A stretch of 64,000 bases of DNA from Hypanus sabinus (GCF_030144855.1 NC_082728.1:29078001-29142000); one strand, 5' to 3'; positions 1-14,905 are shown, counted from the first letter of the stretch. Program-made: numbers and translations. The notes: a model not told the origin generated them from the sequence alone.

Positions 1-227
1 TGTTTTACAGTTTGATACACAGTACTTCTGTGCAAAATAGACAAAAGGTTCTATTTATCTCTTTCACACTTCTGTAGATTTCATTTTACAACACTAACCA
101 ACTGAAATGAGCTTTTGTGTTTATATTTATACTGTTAGCTAATACATACTGTGCTGTTTATAGCACTCCAGCTTGCTATAGTTAGTGATACCACATTTTT
201 AAATTCAGATTTTCGGTTTCCAGACTA

Positions 228-552
228 CAGTAAAACTCTATTAATCTGAATCACTTGGGAATTTGGCAGTACCATACTGCCAGACTTTTTGAACTATTGG
301 ATGATATTCCAACTAATATTTCAACACATTTTAATTCAATTTTTGATATGCTGCACCATATTTTTCCCAGTGAACCTGGTGAGTTTAAAGGAAGGATGAA
401 AAAAATAGAGCCCCAGTGAGTTCAAAGGGAGTGCTGGAAACAGGACTCTATTACATTTAGGTGGAGTACAGTGAGTTCAAGGGAGCACATGAACCAGCAT
501 CTGGTGAGCCAGATGCCAAACAACTGGGTGGTGGATTATTGGAGTTTTACTC
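228..552. mobile_element. Degraded pogo/Tigger-like MITE
   Basis: TA at 226-227 precedes CAGTAAAACTCTATTAATC; an imperfect inverted copy GATTATTGGAGTTTTACTC ends at ~552; no coding capacity; internal GTGAGTT(C/T)AA(A)GG subrepeats. Confidence 0.5.
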
Positions 553-1084
553 AATAAAGCTTCTGCACTCCAAAGCGTTTCTAAAAAAGAGAAAGTACTT
601 TTGTCATTTGTCAAGCAAGTGGATGGCGACTTTTGTTCGATGTGTCCCTTGCTTAAGGTAACAGAATTTAAAATAATCTTTCTCTTTGTTCATAACACAC
701 ATTTCAAATAGCTGTTTACCATCTATGCACTAAGGCTAAACTCTCTGGAAATATTACTTCAAATTTTCCACCCACAAGTCTTTTGAATATCCAAGGAACT
801 TAAAAATGAAATTGATCAGTCTCCAATTAAGAGTTTGCTCTTTCATTGCATGGCTTTATGTGACTGGTTGTCAGAATGTGGTCAGGTGACATCATATCAT
901 TTTTGGATTTTAAGTATAAAGTGTTAATAAAAGAAGTCCTCCAGTCTATTATTAACTCCTTTAATCTTCTTTCAGCTTTGTGAAAAATGAGGAACTATAT
1001 TTTCCTTGTTATTTACCTTCTCATTGAAGGGAACCACAACCAAATCACAACTCACTATTATTAATCGAGTCAGCTGAATTCTGC

Positions 1085-1225
1085 CCCCCCCCCACCTCTT
1101 ACTTTATAATGAAGGGTCTCAGTTCAAAATATCAGCTGTTTCTTCATAGATGTTGTCCGAATTGCTGAGTCCCTCCAGCATTTTATGTGTTACTCAGGAT
1201 TTCCAGCACCTGCAGAATCTCCTGT
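1085..1225 (+). repeat. Penelope-type terminal repeat fragment with decayed hammerhead motif
   Basis: ATGAAGGGTCTC...CATAGATG...GCTGAGT..CTCCAGCATTTT..GATTTCCAGCA.CTGCAG matches the family seen at 18.1, 25.3, 31.0, 48.5 and 52.3 kb. Confidence 0.6.
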
Positions 1226-3929
1226 ACTTATGGCTCACCATTGCTCTTTCTCTGATGGTTTCCACCCATTCCTTCATAATGGATGGATTCATATCTGAAG
1301 TACAGTTCCAGAGATGATCTTTGTCTTCCAACACTTCATCCAAGGCAGTTAGTGTCAGCAGGGTTTCTCTCACCCCATTCTCTTGTCTGAGCTCAGTGTC
1401 AGCACTGTCTCATTATTGCACATGTCTGCAGTCTGTATCACTGATTAGCAGCTAAGAGTTCATTCCAGAAGGATGCAATGAGCAATTCTGATACCCCTCT
1501 AAGATTATAACTAAGATTAACCCCTTCAATTTATAAATAAAGTATATCTACATTAAACTATGGAGTGTTACAATAAGTGTCTTTGAGCTAGGTAAAGTCA
1601 GATTACTTTTAGGACAAACATATCACTGAAGAAATTCAGTGTTCTTTTGTATCATTACTCAGACATACTTCTTTATACAATTACTGCAGTTTTACATTTA
1701 TAAAATAACTGTCATAACTCAGTGTCACAATGACGTATTGCTGTTGTACCTACAGCAATATTCAAGTCTGAATGATAACATCATACTCAGTCATATATTC
1801 TCAAAACTGATACCTATCTGAATAATAAGTTCAATAATGAAATAGTTTAAAATATCTGGAAAAGAGAGCCTGATCTCAATGCAATGGACTGTAATATTCT
1901 CATATATATCAACGGGACTGTATATTTTATCTTTGACCAACAAATGTGAAATTTTGACAAACTCATCACTAGTTTTCAGAAGTATTGCTTTCAGACTTTG
2001 TCACATTGTGGCAATGTGATTAACTTCAAGAACCTGACATTCACTCATTCACTTTGTTGTATTAACAAAAACCTTCACTCAACTATAGTGCTGTTGAGGC
2101 AAATTTTCAGTGGTTACTTAAGTTAATTGTAAACAAAATGGAGAATTAAGGCATTTATGAACAGGAGCTGGAGTATCTGTGGCTGTATTCAAACTAGGCA
2201 GTTCAACAATAAGAATGCTATCCTCCTAACAAATTGCTTTCTCTGGTATGCATAACATACAAGGACAGAACACTTCTAACAAAAGTTTTTTTAAGAAACA
2301 GGAAAACTGAAGTGAAGAGAGAAAATGCTGGTAAAGTTAATAGGTCGAGCAGTATCTGTGGAAGGACAACCAGTTTAAAATTTTGGGACAGGAAACCAAC
2401 AACAAACTCTCAATTTGCTCTTTTGCCAACAGGCAATGAAAAAGACACCATCAAACAGTGGTCACTCACCAATATTAATTCATTGATTCCCCAGTTTCTG
2501 CCAAGATCATTCTTTCAAGATCTCATTAAAGCTCAGGTCCATGAACTTACAAGGTGTATTCTAGGCCCAAGGTGAGGTTGACTACTAGAAGCATCAAAGT
2601 AACATTTAACCAATAAAGGGACCCAAACAAAACAAGCAGAGGGCAATAGTTGAGAGGGCTGTTTCTCAGACTTACATTGTCATTCATCTACAACTACTTA
2701 CTCTTTCCATGATGTCCTAAAGCTGGACTTGCTACCTTTAGTTCTTAATTTTATTTTGATTGCTCAGGCTCTACAGTCACTTGGGTGGAGCAGAGCAAAT
2801 CTGTACCTTTTATACTCATGTTCTAGTGCCTACAGGATGCCAATGGTTAGGCTGGAACTCAAGCTGGTCAGAATAAATTCCAAAATTTGAATGAGGAAAT
2901 GACAAGAATCTCTTCACAAAGATTGTGCTGGATGTATAAAAATTAAATTGGAGTAATTGAGCAGCACAAACTCACTGGGCCAGAAGGGCCTGTCTCTGTG
3001 TTGTGTCTCTAAATAAAAATAAAAATAAATCACTTCATGATTACAATGCCATGCTACTTTACGAAAATAGGTGAATTTGAGCACAGAGAGAAATGTTACA
3101 AAAGGCAAAAATCATAGCTGCTAGTGAGATTGGTTTTGTTCATGTTTTTCAATGTGGGCAGTGATGTGAGAAGGCTTCAGATGAGAATTCAAGATGGTAC
3201 GTTAGCTGAAACAGAGACCCAAAGTACAGAATTACATCCTTATTCGAATGTAAGGACAATACAGAGACAGAATGGAGTGAAACAATGAAGAATCTCAAAA
3301 CACATGTGGCGATGTCCATGTTGAGGCATTGGAACTTCGGTACCCAATGGAGATCTGGGAAGCTGAGATATTAAGAGTGCAAGATCCAGTATGAGTTAGG
3401 ATGTGAGAAGCAGAGTTCTGGATGAGTTGAGGTTCTGGAGAATTAAGATGTGGGTTATAAATCATGGCAAAGGTTTAAGCAGATGTGGAGGAAACAACAA
3501 AATGGCTACTGAATTGCTAATGTTTAAGGAGTGATATCCAAGTAGTAATCCAGAGTCACAGGTTAAATGAATTTCTGAAGGACTCAGGATTGTTATCATT
3601 AGAAGGAAGCAAGATCAACTTTCTTTCATATCATGTCACACTGTGGCTTATTTTGACTTAAATCTCCTTTATAGAGAAACAGAAGGCAACAATATTTTCA
3701 AATTACATAGCGAGACTTTCAAATTGTTTGACTTTGTTACTGAAGTAGCAGACAGAGTAATACTTTACACACAATTCTAATATATGTACTTTTATTACAG
3801 TATTCAACTAAATTTCTGGTGATTAGTTTACCTGCAATTTGCATGGCATTTCCTTGATAGGCTGTGGTAGCTTTGTCAGGCTCTGCTATCAAAGTGGAGA
3901 TATGTATATTATTCATTTCTTGGGTGTGT

Positions 3930-5066
3930 TGAAAGGGAGAATAAAACCACAGCTATAAGGATCCCTGTAGCATACAGTGACCCTGTGATCTATGTCTCAG
4001 AGATCAACATCAGGTGCTCTTTCAAGAGGATGAATCCTAGCAAGGCAGCAGGGCCTGATGGAGTATCTGTCAAGGCTCTGAAAACCTGTGCCAACCAATT
4101 GGTGGGGGTATTCAAAGACATTTTCAAAGTCTTATTGCTATGGTCAGAAGTTCCCATCTGCTTCAAAAGGGCAACAATTACATCAGCATGAGGTGCCTTA
4201 ATGACCATCGTCCAGTGGCACTCACATCTATGGTGATTAAATGCTCTGAGAGGTTGGTCATGGGTAGAATCAATATGTGTCTCAGTAAAGATGTGAACCC
4301 ACTGCAATTTGCCTATCACCACAATAGGTCTACAGGAAGGGTAAGACGAGGAAACACAAACCACCTCTCATAGAGGGATCAGAAGTGGAGAGAGTGAGCA
4401 ATTTTAAGGTCCTGGGTGTCAAGATCTCTGAGGGCCTAACCTGGGTGCAATATATTGATGCAGCTATAAGGAAGGCAAGACGGGGGCTATATTTCATTAG
4501 GAGTTTGTGGAGATCTGACTAAAACACTTGAAATCTTCAACGAATGCACCATGAAGGGCATTCTGACTGGCTGCATCATTGGTAATAGGGCACTACTGCA
4601 CTACTGCACAAGTCAAAGCAGGTTGCAGAAACTTGTAAAATTAGTCAGCTCCATTCATGGGTATGAGCCTCCCCAATATCCAAGACATCATTAAGGAGTG
4701 GTGCCTTAGGAAGGCAGCATCCATCATTAGGGGCTCCCACCACCCAAGGCAGGAATAGTTCCCATTGTTACCATTAGGAAGCAAGTACAGAAGCCTGAAG
4801 GCTCACTCTTGGTGATTCAGGAATAGCTTCTTCTCCCTCTGCCATCTGATTTCTAAATGGACATTGAATCCAGGAATACAACCTCACTATTTAAAATATT
4901 TTTTGCACTAGTTATTTTCACTTAACTATTTTATATATATATAATTACTCTAATTCAGTTTTTTCTCTACATTTATTTATCATGTATTTCATTGTACTGC
5001 TGCCATAATGTTAACAAATTTCACAACATATGCTGGTGATATTAAACGATTCTGATTCTGATTCTG
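3930..5066 (+). mobile_element. Rex1/Babar-type LINE, 5'-truncated and internally deleted
   Basis: Frameshifted RT peptides NPSKAAGPDGV...CLNDHRPVALTS...PLQFAYHHNRST; jumps to the C-terminal region at ~4335; 3' tail (TTCTGA)n at 5050-5066. Confidence 0.85.
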
Positions 5067-7284
5067 GGGAATGGAAGGTCTAGACACAATTGTCCTATTT
5101 TAGAGGAATTGTATTATGATGAGACATAGTTTCTGAATCTTTTGATAATTTATACATATATACAGTTTTGAAGAAATAAAAATAAGCTATTTAATGCAAA
5201 GAAAGTCTTCAAGTAGATGAGCATTTTGTCAATTCTGACAAACAATAGGGGTCATCCTAAAGCCCTTGAATTCATGATGAAGCATGACATCATTACATGC
5301 AGCAATGCTGTGCTCATGAATCATATTCCTCATGTTGACAGCTGATATGATAGTAATTAAGTATTGCTTGTCTGATCCCAGAATTACTGCTTGTACATTG
5401 TGGAAACTCCAGCTTCCTCCGAATTGCAGGCTATCCCAACTAATATATTTATGGCTGTGCTCACAAATATAACAATCAATATAAGCGTCCTACGGTAACA
5501 TAGCTGGAATGAGCAAGGCACATCCAGAAGAATCAGATGTGCAGCAGAAAGAAAATGTAACTACAGTCACTGGAGGCGAGGTGTTGGCACATGGACTCAA
5601 CCTGGAGAATCTTACCAGCACATTTAACACTGCATTAAAGCAATGAATCTTCTGAACTCTTCCCTCTGCCTGTCAGTCCAAATGGGTTTAATCTTGTTAA
5701 AACTCTGTGAAACTACATTAGCATGCTGATTGATTGCCTTATACATGAGGATAGTACTATATTAATAAAAAAACATAGACCCAGGTAGAAATGAGCAAGG
5801 AGTGAATATGCACATGGAGTATTAATTTATTCGGTGCAAATCATGTGCCCTGTTCACCTCTGAGTGCCATTTAAAATTAATGTATGTGATTGAGACTGCA
5901 CCATACTGAATTTGGCATCACTCTTAAACACTAATACTAAACTAATATTTCATGTTACAGATACTGGTCAGTTGCACTCGGATTATTTAATACATATCGT
6001 TGGCAACTGAAGCATTCCTTAATGTCTGAAGTAATTTTATCCTGCTATTCTCCAAAACCAAGCAGGATAATCTAATAAAATCAATAACTCATATAAACTG
6101 AAGCATGTTCTATGATTGATTCTAGGCACAATGCATATTAACTTATATTCTATGCAAAGTGAATTTACTCTTTGGGACAATGTGGGTTACGTGTAGGAGA
6201 AGGAGTGAAGCGTATCACAAAATAATTATACCAAATGAAGGGGTAAAGAAAAACAATGGGACATTTTTATTCAGGGGAAGAGATAAATGCCTGGCTTGTG
6301 TATCAGACGAAGTGGTAGATCTGTATTTAAAGAAAATTCCAGCTGACTAATCAGCTTGCATTAATCACTGTTAGTGTCCAAGCTCCTGATACATAAGACA
6401 GGACCTTCTGCACTTTGAGTATGATTTCTACTATAATGATACAACACCATTCTCTTCATGAACAAAGACTGGAGCACTTATTTCACTAAAATAAAAATCC
6501 AAATGAGATTTTATAATTTCAAAGGTTTTGAGATGATAAAGAGAGAAACACTATGTCAGATCACACTGGTTGTTAGGAACCTATGTTTCCTTCTCTCTAT
6601 GTAGCTGCTCTGAACGTTGAGGACCAATACCACTGGCCTGAATCATCCATAGGATGGTGCACCAGCAATGGGAAGTGCAATGGAAAATCTCCAACTCCAA
6701 AACACTATCCTCAGTATTGGACAGCCAGCAAAACCCTGCCAAGCACAGTTGGCAGGAAATCTGTAAGAATTTTAACATTTTTAAAATGTCCCTGACTTTC
6801 AAAAATATCGTATTCCAAAAAAAATTGTTAAGGTTGAAGTAAATAATTAAAGAATTAAAAATAAATAATTATTTTTTAAAAAGCTAACTGAGAACACTTA
6901 TAAATAATTAAAGCAATAATTCAATGCAAAATCATTGAAAAGATAAGTTACCTTGCTCGTTTTTCCATAAGCCAGATCTGCACTGCACGTATTAATATGC
7001 AGGTAGCAAGGATAGGGTCATTGGATGCCTAAAGGTCAAGAAATATGCTGGCTAAATGAAACTTCAGTTCTTCTTTTTTCAGAGATACTAATACATACTG
7101 ATCAGCAGTTTCACCCTGGCAATGGTATGCTTATTGTTTGAGATGATATTTGGTGAAGTAATGGCAAATGCTTAAAATAATTACACATTTCACTGAATCT
7201 GAAAAATGTAAGTTTCTAACTTTAATCTATTTCATTTTGGAACACTGCCTCAAAGTAAATTTATTTTCAAACTATATAGATCAC

Positions 7285-9057
7285 CATATATATCCCTTTG
7301 ATTCGAACTATGATAGTAGTGTTATCACCAAACGTGAATATGGAATTGGAGCTGTGCTTAGCCACACAGTCATAAGTGTAAACAAAGTAGAGCAAGGGGA
7401 TAAGCACACAGCCTTGTGCACGTGTGCTGATGGACAGTAGGGAGGAAATGTTGCCAATCCGAAACTGAGAACATTGAGGATCCAATTGCACAAAGAGGTA
7501 TTGAGACCAAGCCCTTGAAGCTTACTCATTAGTTTTGAGGGGATTATGGTAGTCAATGCTGAGCTGTAGTCAATAAAGAGCATCCTAATGTATGCACCTT
7601 TGCTGTCCAGACATTTCAGGATTGAATGAGGAGCCAATAAGCTGGCATCTGCTGTGGACCTGTTGTGCCTGTATGCAAATTGGAGCAGATGCAAGTTGTT
7701 TCTCAGGCAGGAGTTGATATGTTTTTCATCAACCTCTCAAAGCACCAATGCAGATGTAAATGCTACTGGACGATAGTCATTATGGCAGATTACCACATTC
7801 TTTTTAGGCACCAGTATATGTTTGATGCAGATGCCTGTTTGATGCAGATGGGTACCTCAGTCTGCCAATGCAAGAGGTTAAAGATCTCAGTGTAAACTCC
7901 AACTAGTTGATCAGCACAGGTCCTTAGTACTTGGCCAGATACCCCATCCAGGCCAGATGCTTTTTGTGGCTCACCCTTCTGAAAGCTGCTCACGCGTTGG
8001 TCTCAGAGACTGAAATCACAGGATTATCGTGAACTGTGGGAAGTTGATGATGGTTTCTTCATGATGGTCATGGTAGAAGGCATTGAGCTCATCTGGAAGT
8101 GCAGCCCTGGTGTGGCATTTGTGGTTTAATTTTACTTTATATGAGGTGATAGCATTGAAGCTCTGCCACAACTGTTGGGCATCTTTCAGTTGATTCAAGT
8201 TTAACCCAGATTTGCTACTTCATTCATGAAATGGCTTTCCGGAGATCATTCCTGGATGTCTTGTTACACTCTTGGTCACTTTGAAAGTCTCTGATCTGGC
8301 CTTCAGCCAACTGTGGATTTCATGCTTCATCCAGGGCTTCTGGTTGGGGAAGACTCTAAATGATTTTGTAGGGACACACTCGTCGACAACAGTTTTTAGA
8401 AAGTCCATGAGAACAATGGTGTATTCTTTCAAACCCACAGATGAGTCCTTGAACACGGCCCAGTCCACCGACTCAAAGCAATCCAGCAGCTGCTCCCCGG
8501 CTTCCTGTGACCACCTCTTTGTTGCCCTTATCCCTGGTGTTTGCTCTTTAATCTCTGGGAGGAGAAGAACAGCCTAGTGATCAGATTTTCTGAAATGCTG
8601 TCTGGGCATGGAACGGTAGGCACTCCTTATCTTAGTATAACAGCGGTCTAGTGTGTTGGGACCCCTGGTGCTATAGGTTATACGCTGGTAGTAATTGGGC
8701 AGAGAATTGTTCAAAGAAGCCTAGTTGAAGTCTCTGACTATGATTTGAAGACAATTCCTTGTTTGGAGATCTCAAGTGCAGTATCTCAAGTGCTTAATTA
8801 CAATTGGTCGCTGGTGGTATGCAAACTTAAGTGAGAACCATGGATGAGAATTCCCTAGGAAAATTTGACTATTAGGTGTTCAGGGTCGGGGGAACATGAG
8901 TTCGACAAAACTGCCACATCAGAGCATCACTGAGAGTTTATCATGAAACACACACCTCCACCTTTTGCCTTTTCTGAATATGCAGTTCGGTCCATCCTGT
9001 GAATCGAGAAGTCTTTGGGTCTGATTGCCATATCTGTTGTGTTGGAAATAAGCCGTG
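7285..9057 (-). mobile_element. Rex1/Babar-type LINE fragment (endonuclease to RT region)
   Basis: Minus-strand peptides DWAVFKDS...FPNQKPWM, KASGLDGVSG..LRTCADQL, LQFAYRHNRSTADA..YIRMLFIDYSSA, QGCVLIPLLY..YTYDC; many frameshifts. Confidence 0.9.
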
Positions 9058-9519
9058 GTTGGCTTAATTTTACATTGTACAGAAGGCAGCAGTATTTATC
9101 TAAGCTGCAAGTATGTATTAATGTGTCCTTTTAATGCCTTTACAAAATAAAACATTTCAACAGATTAAGTCCACAGCAAAAGAATTTTTGATGAAAATGT
9201 GTTTCAGATTGTTGGCATCTATTTTACATTTTAATTTGCTAGACATTGCTTTGTTTTGGAAATGAATATTGTAAAATTATTATCACATTGAAATGAAACA
9301 GCAAGACAGAGACCAAGAGAAATGTCTCAAATTACAAGGAGTGTAGATGGACTCAGGTGTAAGTTGTATGAAAGGAATATTTTGAGTCCAGGACTAGCCA
9401 CTGTAACTCTGCTGGGCTGATCAATAGCTGTTATTGCTGTTCATTAATCAGCTACAATATTTTACAGCTCCACTAATCATCTGTGGTGGAAGGAGACATT
9501 AAGTTATGTGTGAAATATT

Positions 9520-9797
9520 TATTTATTTCTTTGGAGCTGCAGTGTGGTATAGACTTTTTCAGCACTTTGATCTGCTCCACCAGCAGCCCACATGTTTAAC
9601 CGTAGCCTAATCAAGGGACAATTTACAAAGACCAATTAACCTACTAACCAGTCCATCTTTGGACTGTGGGAGAAAACTGGAGCACCTGGAGGAAACCCAC
9701 ACATTCATAGGGAGGACGTATAAATTTCTCATAATGAGCACTGAACTCCCAACGCCTTGAGCTGTAATAGCATTGTGTTAACCACAACACAATGGTA
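9520..9797 (-). mobile_element. V-SINE (HE1-like), degraded
   Basis: TCTTTGGACTGTGGGAGAAAACTGGAGCACCTGGAGGAAACCCAC is the reverse complement of the V-domain; (TTTA)n at the left is the tail; paralog at 42420-42738. Confidence 0.75.
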
Positions 9798-11169
9798 AAT
9801 ATATGCAGTCTGTGAATGAAATCCAATCCATTTTATATCTGTCCACCTAACAAATAGATTTTGAAATAAATCACCATTCTCTACCACCTTCTCAAGGGCA
9901 AATCAACCTTGCAAGAGATTTCTACCTCAAGTTCTGTCTGAGATGCAAAAAATTAGATGCCACTCCATCCCAAAACAAAATCAACTTCAGCCAAAGGAAT
10001 GCCTTAGAACTTTTCAAAACTTAGAATTACATAATTGAGCTGTGCAGCATCCATTGTCTGGTTACTGATTTTTCTAACACTAGTAATGTACCATTCCTAC
10101 AAGCCAATTTTTATTGTGCTTTATACTAACTACCATGCTGACAAGTGTGATATTATTGTCGTGCATTTGGAAGTGTGGGCATAAGGATGAGATGTTGATT
10201 TGCCCAGTGGAGTTTTAATTATGCAACCAACATCAAAGGTTCAACAGATTTGTAACATCGTCATTTAGCAATACGATGGGTACTATCCCCTCTCTACCAC
10301 ATCAATGCCCATCCTATCTGAAGGGCATAATTACTTTCAGGTTTGTTAGTGAATAATTTGAACAAGAGTTAGTTGTAAGAAAATACTATTTGATTTTTGT
10401 GAAGTGTTTCAAACTCTACAAAGAATTGTGTAATGACCTCAAATGTGCTAAATTTCCAACTCTTCCAGTCTCTCTGAGTTGTCAGATTTCAGGACTCAAG
10501 GCTATTATTCTCCATCTTGAGGAAAATGAGCAGAGGACAGACGGAGTAGTGTTGCCCATTAAATGCAGGAAGGATAGAATGCAGCACAAAGAAGGGGAGA
10601 AGGTAGAGAAAGGACATAATTATGCGAAAATGTTTCTACTCAAGGGATTAACAACTATGATTTCAAAATCAAAATGCAATTCCTCATTCTGCTGTAGTTC
10701 CCATTTAATCTTGTAATTTTGCCCTTCATGTCAGCATCCATTTGACCACAACATAAAAAAGAAACACACAAAATCAATAATCCACACCATAACCACACTA
10801 CCAGTCCAAGAGAAAATCCATACAAATAGCAACCAATCATCCTTTTGCTTTCCTTTAGTGCCTAGTTACTCTTCCCATGCACCTATGCTACATGATACCT
10901 GTAGCTGTCAAGATCCTCATGGAAGTTTGCTCATGTGGAATTGAAGAGGATGCAGATTATCTTGCAGGGCAACCTTAGCCCCAGATGGTCCAGCTTCACA
11001 TTGAAATCTCAGAAAGATTGACAACAGTTTGGGCTAGCTGCCTGATGGGCAATTCCATGGGCACTGGTGGAGCAGCAAGAGTTGGATCATAAATGCTCTC
11101 AGAAAAAGAGAAGGTAGAGAGTTTCTCTTTTTGCCTGGAAAATCACCAGTCTGTTGGAGAAACAATCAA

Positions 11170-11370
11170 TGGATCATCTGCCAGCTTTTTACTTTATCCC
11201 TCTCCCTCCTCCACCAACTTACCTTCCTCCTCACCTACTTTTCCCTAACTCCTGCCAGTTTATACCCCTTCTCCTCGCCTCCCCCCCCCCCACCACCACC
11301 TCCTTATTCTAGCTTTTTTTCTTTTCAGTCCCAATGAAGTGTCTCAGCTCAAAATGTTGACCGTTTACTT
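11170..11370 (+). repeat. Penelope-type terminal repeat fragment
   Basis: Pyrimidine-rich run followed by CAGTCCCAATGAAGTGTCTCAGCTCAAAATGTTGACC, a decayed copy of the hammerhead-bearing segment. Confidence 0.55.
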
Positions 11371-11934
11371 GCACCATGTTCAATGGGAGTAAAGTCATGA
11401 TAAGTTCTTCCTGCATTTTGTATGTGCTGCACTGTATTTCTATGATTTCCTCAAATCCTCTTTGAACAATGGTACCTGGAGTCAAGACGGTAGACTGCTG
11501 AGTTTCCAAGTAGTGCTCGGTGGATTGAATCCAGGTGGCTTTCTGCCTGTATTGCAACAGAAACTGAGGAAAGGGCTGAAACTGATGGCATGACGTGTGG
11601 GTATGGAGCTGGGCACCACGTCCATTATAGATGGATGAGTCCCAAATTCCACACATTGCTACATGCATGCAAATGTTCCAGCAGGCCTTCCAAATATTTC
11701 ATCATCCTGTTCACCTGTGCCAGCCATCTTTTGTTATGTGACACCGGTATCTAACATGTAACTCATACAGCTCTCCCCTGCTTTTCAATGGTCATTTGTC
11801 AGTCTTTGTTTATGCAGTCTTTTGTAAAATTATATTGGATTTTTCCTGTGAATGCCTACAAAAAATTAATCTCAAGGAAGTACATGGAAACATATATGTA
11901 CTTTGAGAATAAATTTATTCTGAACCTTTGAAAA

Positions 11935-12320
11935 GTACTCCCCAAGGTCATACCATGCATAATGTTTCTCCTAGCCTCATTACTATTCCCAAAATGCATC
12001 TTCTCACGTTTATCAGGATTAAACTTGATCTGCCATTTCTCAGCCCATTTCACCAACACCCTGTAGCCAAAGTCCACCTGCCATGCTGTTAGCATCTCTT
12101 CCAGTCTCCGAACAGTCTGCGAAGTTACTAATCATGCCATCTACATCCACATCCAAATTATTTACTTGTATTTCAACCATCAAGGGTCCCAAACCAATCC
12201 TAGTGGAACACCATGAGCTGTAGGCAGCCAATCAGAAAAAGAATGTATCATTAACCTATGCCTCCTATTGCCAGATCAGTTGTGAATCAAATTTGCCAAC
12301 ATGCCCTGGATCCCTTGGGT
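11935..12320 (-). mobile_element. CR1 LINE RT fragment
   Basis: Peptides NNLDVDVDGMISNFAD and LVKWAEKWQIKFNPDK..MHFG. Confidence 0.8.
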
Positions 12321-13379
12321 GTTTTCATCAGCACCCATAATGTTCCTCTGCTTTGAAAGGTGTAGCCAGGTTTTCATCAGAACAAGTTTAAGCTAGTGTT
12401 AGTCATTTGCAAATTGGGTTCCACTACAAGGCCAGAAACAGTAGGATTGGCTCTGCTTCATCACTGTAAATTGCATTAATGAATTTTCTGCACAGATTTT
12501 GAGCATATTCTGCCCAGGGTCATACAAACACAAATTAATTGCACATCATGATCCCAGAATTCGTGTTCCAGCACTGCTCAGTTTTGCACTCAATACTTTG
12601 AGACCTGCTTTTAATTATAATTTCCTACTGTTGGCACAGCACTGGTAGTAGTTCCAGAAAGTTTTTGCCATCCTTTGTTCAAGTTTAACCAGGAATTCTT
12701 ATTGATTTTACAAAGAGATGACAGACTTTTCTTCATTCGATCTACAGAGTCACACTTATACTGCAGATTTCTTGGATGACTGTGGGCATGTAAGTAAGAA
12801 TTTTGAACTCATAAAATTTTCTGTTGCAACATATGTGTGCTCTAGAGATGGGGGCAGATTTTATTCTGTTTGGTTGTACCACCATTGGTTATGTATAGTA
12901 CACTTATTGCTCTGAAATTTGCCAGTCACTGTGGCGGTAATACAAATGCTCCCAGTACTGATTTTACACCTTTCTATGTGCAAGCAACAATTCAAGGTTA
13001 GTCTCATCCAAGTAATAGTGGATGTGGTGGACTTACATTGGGATCATCCTGTATTCTTCAGTAACCGTGTTTAGAAGTCAAAACTGATCTAAAGGTCAGA
13101 AAATATCTTAAAGCAGTCACAAAGTATTTTCTATTTCACAGCAACTTGAACTCTGTGAAAGGGGCTCTAAAAGGCAATTTTTTTCCACTCTTTGGGTGGT
13201 TGGTATATGGAACGAGCTTCAAGAGATGGGTACAAATAATGTGGTGGAGGTGGGTACAATTACAATGTTTAAAGTCATTTAGACAGGTACATATGTAGAT
13301 AGGAAAGGCCTGGAGGGATATGGGCCTAATATAGGCCAATAGCACTTGCTTAGCCAAATCATGAGGTTGGCATAGACAA

Positions 13380-14905
13380 AACCATAAGGTATAGGAGCAG
13401 AATTAGGCCATTTGGCCCATTGAGTCTGCCACTTCATCATGGCTGATCCACTTTTTTTTCTTAGCCTCAATCTCCTGCCTTCTCCCTACATCCCTTCATG
13501 ACATGACCAAAAAAGAATCTATCAAACTCTGCATTAAATATACATAAAGACTTAGTCTCCATAGCTGCCTGTGGCAAAGAATTCCACAGTTTCATCCCTC
13601 TCTGTCTAAAGAAATTCCTCCTCATCTCCATTCTAAAATTATGTCACTCTATTCTGAGGCTGTGTCCTCTGGTCTTAGACTCTCCCACCATAGGAAATAT
13701 CCTCTCCACATCCACTCTATCAAGGCTCTCCATATGACAAACCATTCAATCGTGAATTCATTTTGATGAACCTCCTCCGAACCCTCTCCAGTTTCAGCAC
13801 ATCCCTTCAAAGACAAGGGACCCAAAACTGCTCACAATGCTCCAAGTGAGGCCTCACCAGTGCTTTATAAAGTCTCAACATTTCATCCTTGCTTTTATAT
13901 TCTAGTCCTCTTGAAATGAATGCTAACATTGCATTTACCTTCCTCACACAACTCAACATGCAAATAAGCCTTTAAGGAATCCTGTACAAGGACTCCCAAG
14001 TCCTTTTGCACCTCAGTTTTTTTTCTGTATTTTCTCTCCATTTAGAAAATAGTCAATCTTTTCATTTCTTCTACCAAAGTGCATGACTGTACATTTTCTG
14101 ACACCATATTCCATCTACCATTTCTTTGTCATTCTCCTAACCTGTCTAAGTCCTTCTGTAGCCTTTCTGCTTTCTCAAAACTACATGCCCCTCCACTTAT
14201 CTTCATATTGTCTGCAAATTTTGCAACAAAGCCATCAATTCCATCATCCAAATCATTCACATATAATGTAAAAAGAATCGGTCCCAACCCGATCCCTGTG
14301 GAACATCACTAGTCACCGGCAGCCAGCCAGAGAAGGCTCTTTTTAATCCCACTCTTTGCCTCCTGCCAATCAGTCACTGCTTTATCCATGCTAGAATCTT
14401 TTCTGTAATACCATGGGCTCATAGCTTGTTAAGCAGCCTTATGTGTAACACCTTGTCAAAGGCCTTCTGAAAATCCAAGTACACAACATCAACCAATTTT
14501 CCTTTGTCTATCCTGCTTGTTACTTCTTCAAAGAATTCCAACAGCTTTGTCAAGCTAGATTTTCCTTTGATGAAACCATGCTGACTACCGTCTATTTTAT
14601 CATGTGGCTCCAAGTACCCTGAGACCTCATCCTTAATAATCTACTCCTACATCTTCCCAAATACGGAGGTCAGCCTAACTGGCGAATAGTTTCCTTTCTT
14701 CTGCCTCTCTCCCTTGTTGAAGAGTGGAGTGACATTAGCAATTTTTCAGTCTTCCAGAACCATTGCAGTGATTCTTGAAAGATCATTACTAATGCCTCCA
14801 TGACCTCCATGACCTCCATAGCCACCTCTTTCAGAGTTCTGTCCAGGTTACATATCTATCGTTAGACCTTCCGGTTTCCCAAAAACCTTCTCTCTAGTTC
14901 TGGTA
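13380..14905 (-). mobile_element. CR1 LINE 3' portion, nested inside the 3' end of an older + strand CR1 (13150-13376 and 14905-14960)
   Basis: Peptide SQHGFIKGKSSLTKLLEFFEEVT..IDKG..VDVVYLDFQKAFDKV; CR1 3'UTR with (CCATAAGA)-type tail at 13380. Confidence 0.9.

Noticed and set aside
368-510. Spaced GTGAGTT(C/T)AA(A)GG repeats resembling a CRISPR-like array
   Set aside because: Only 3-4 degenerate units with irregular spacing, inside a MITE in eukaryotic DNA, with no cas genes
560-657. Plus-strand candidate exon (SALQSVSKKEKVLLSFVKQVDGDFCSMCPLLK, donor GTAACA)
   Set aside because: Poor acceptor that overlaps the MITE end; peptide not recognised
12748-12789. Plus-strand 42-nt segment with good acceptor and GTAAGT donor
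   Set aside because: Isolated, two open frames, no recognisable product; indistinguishable from a pseudo-exon without RNA data
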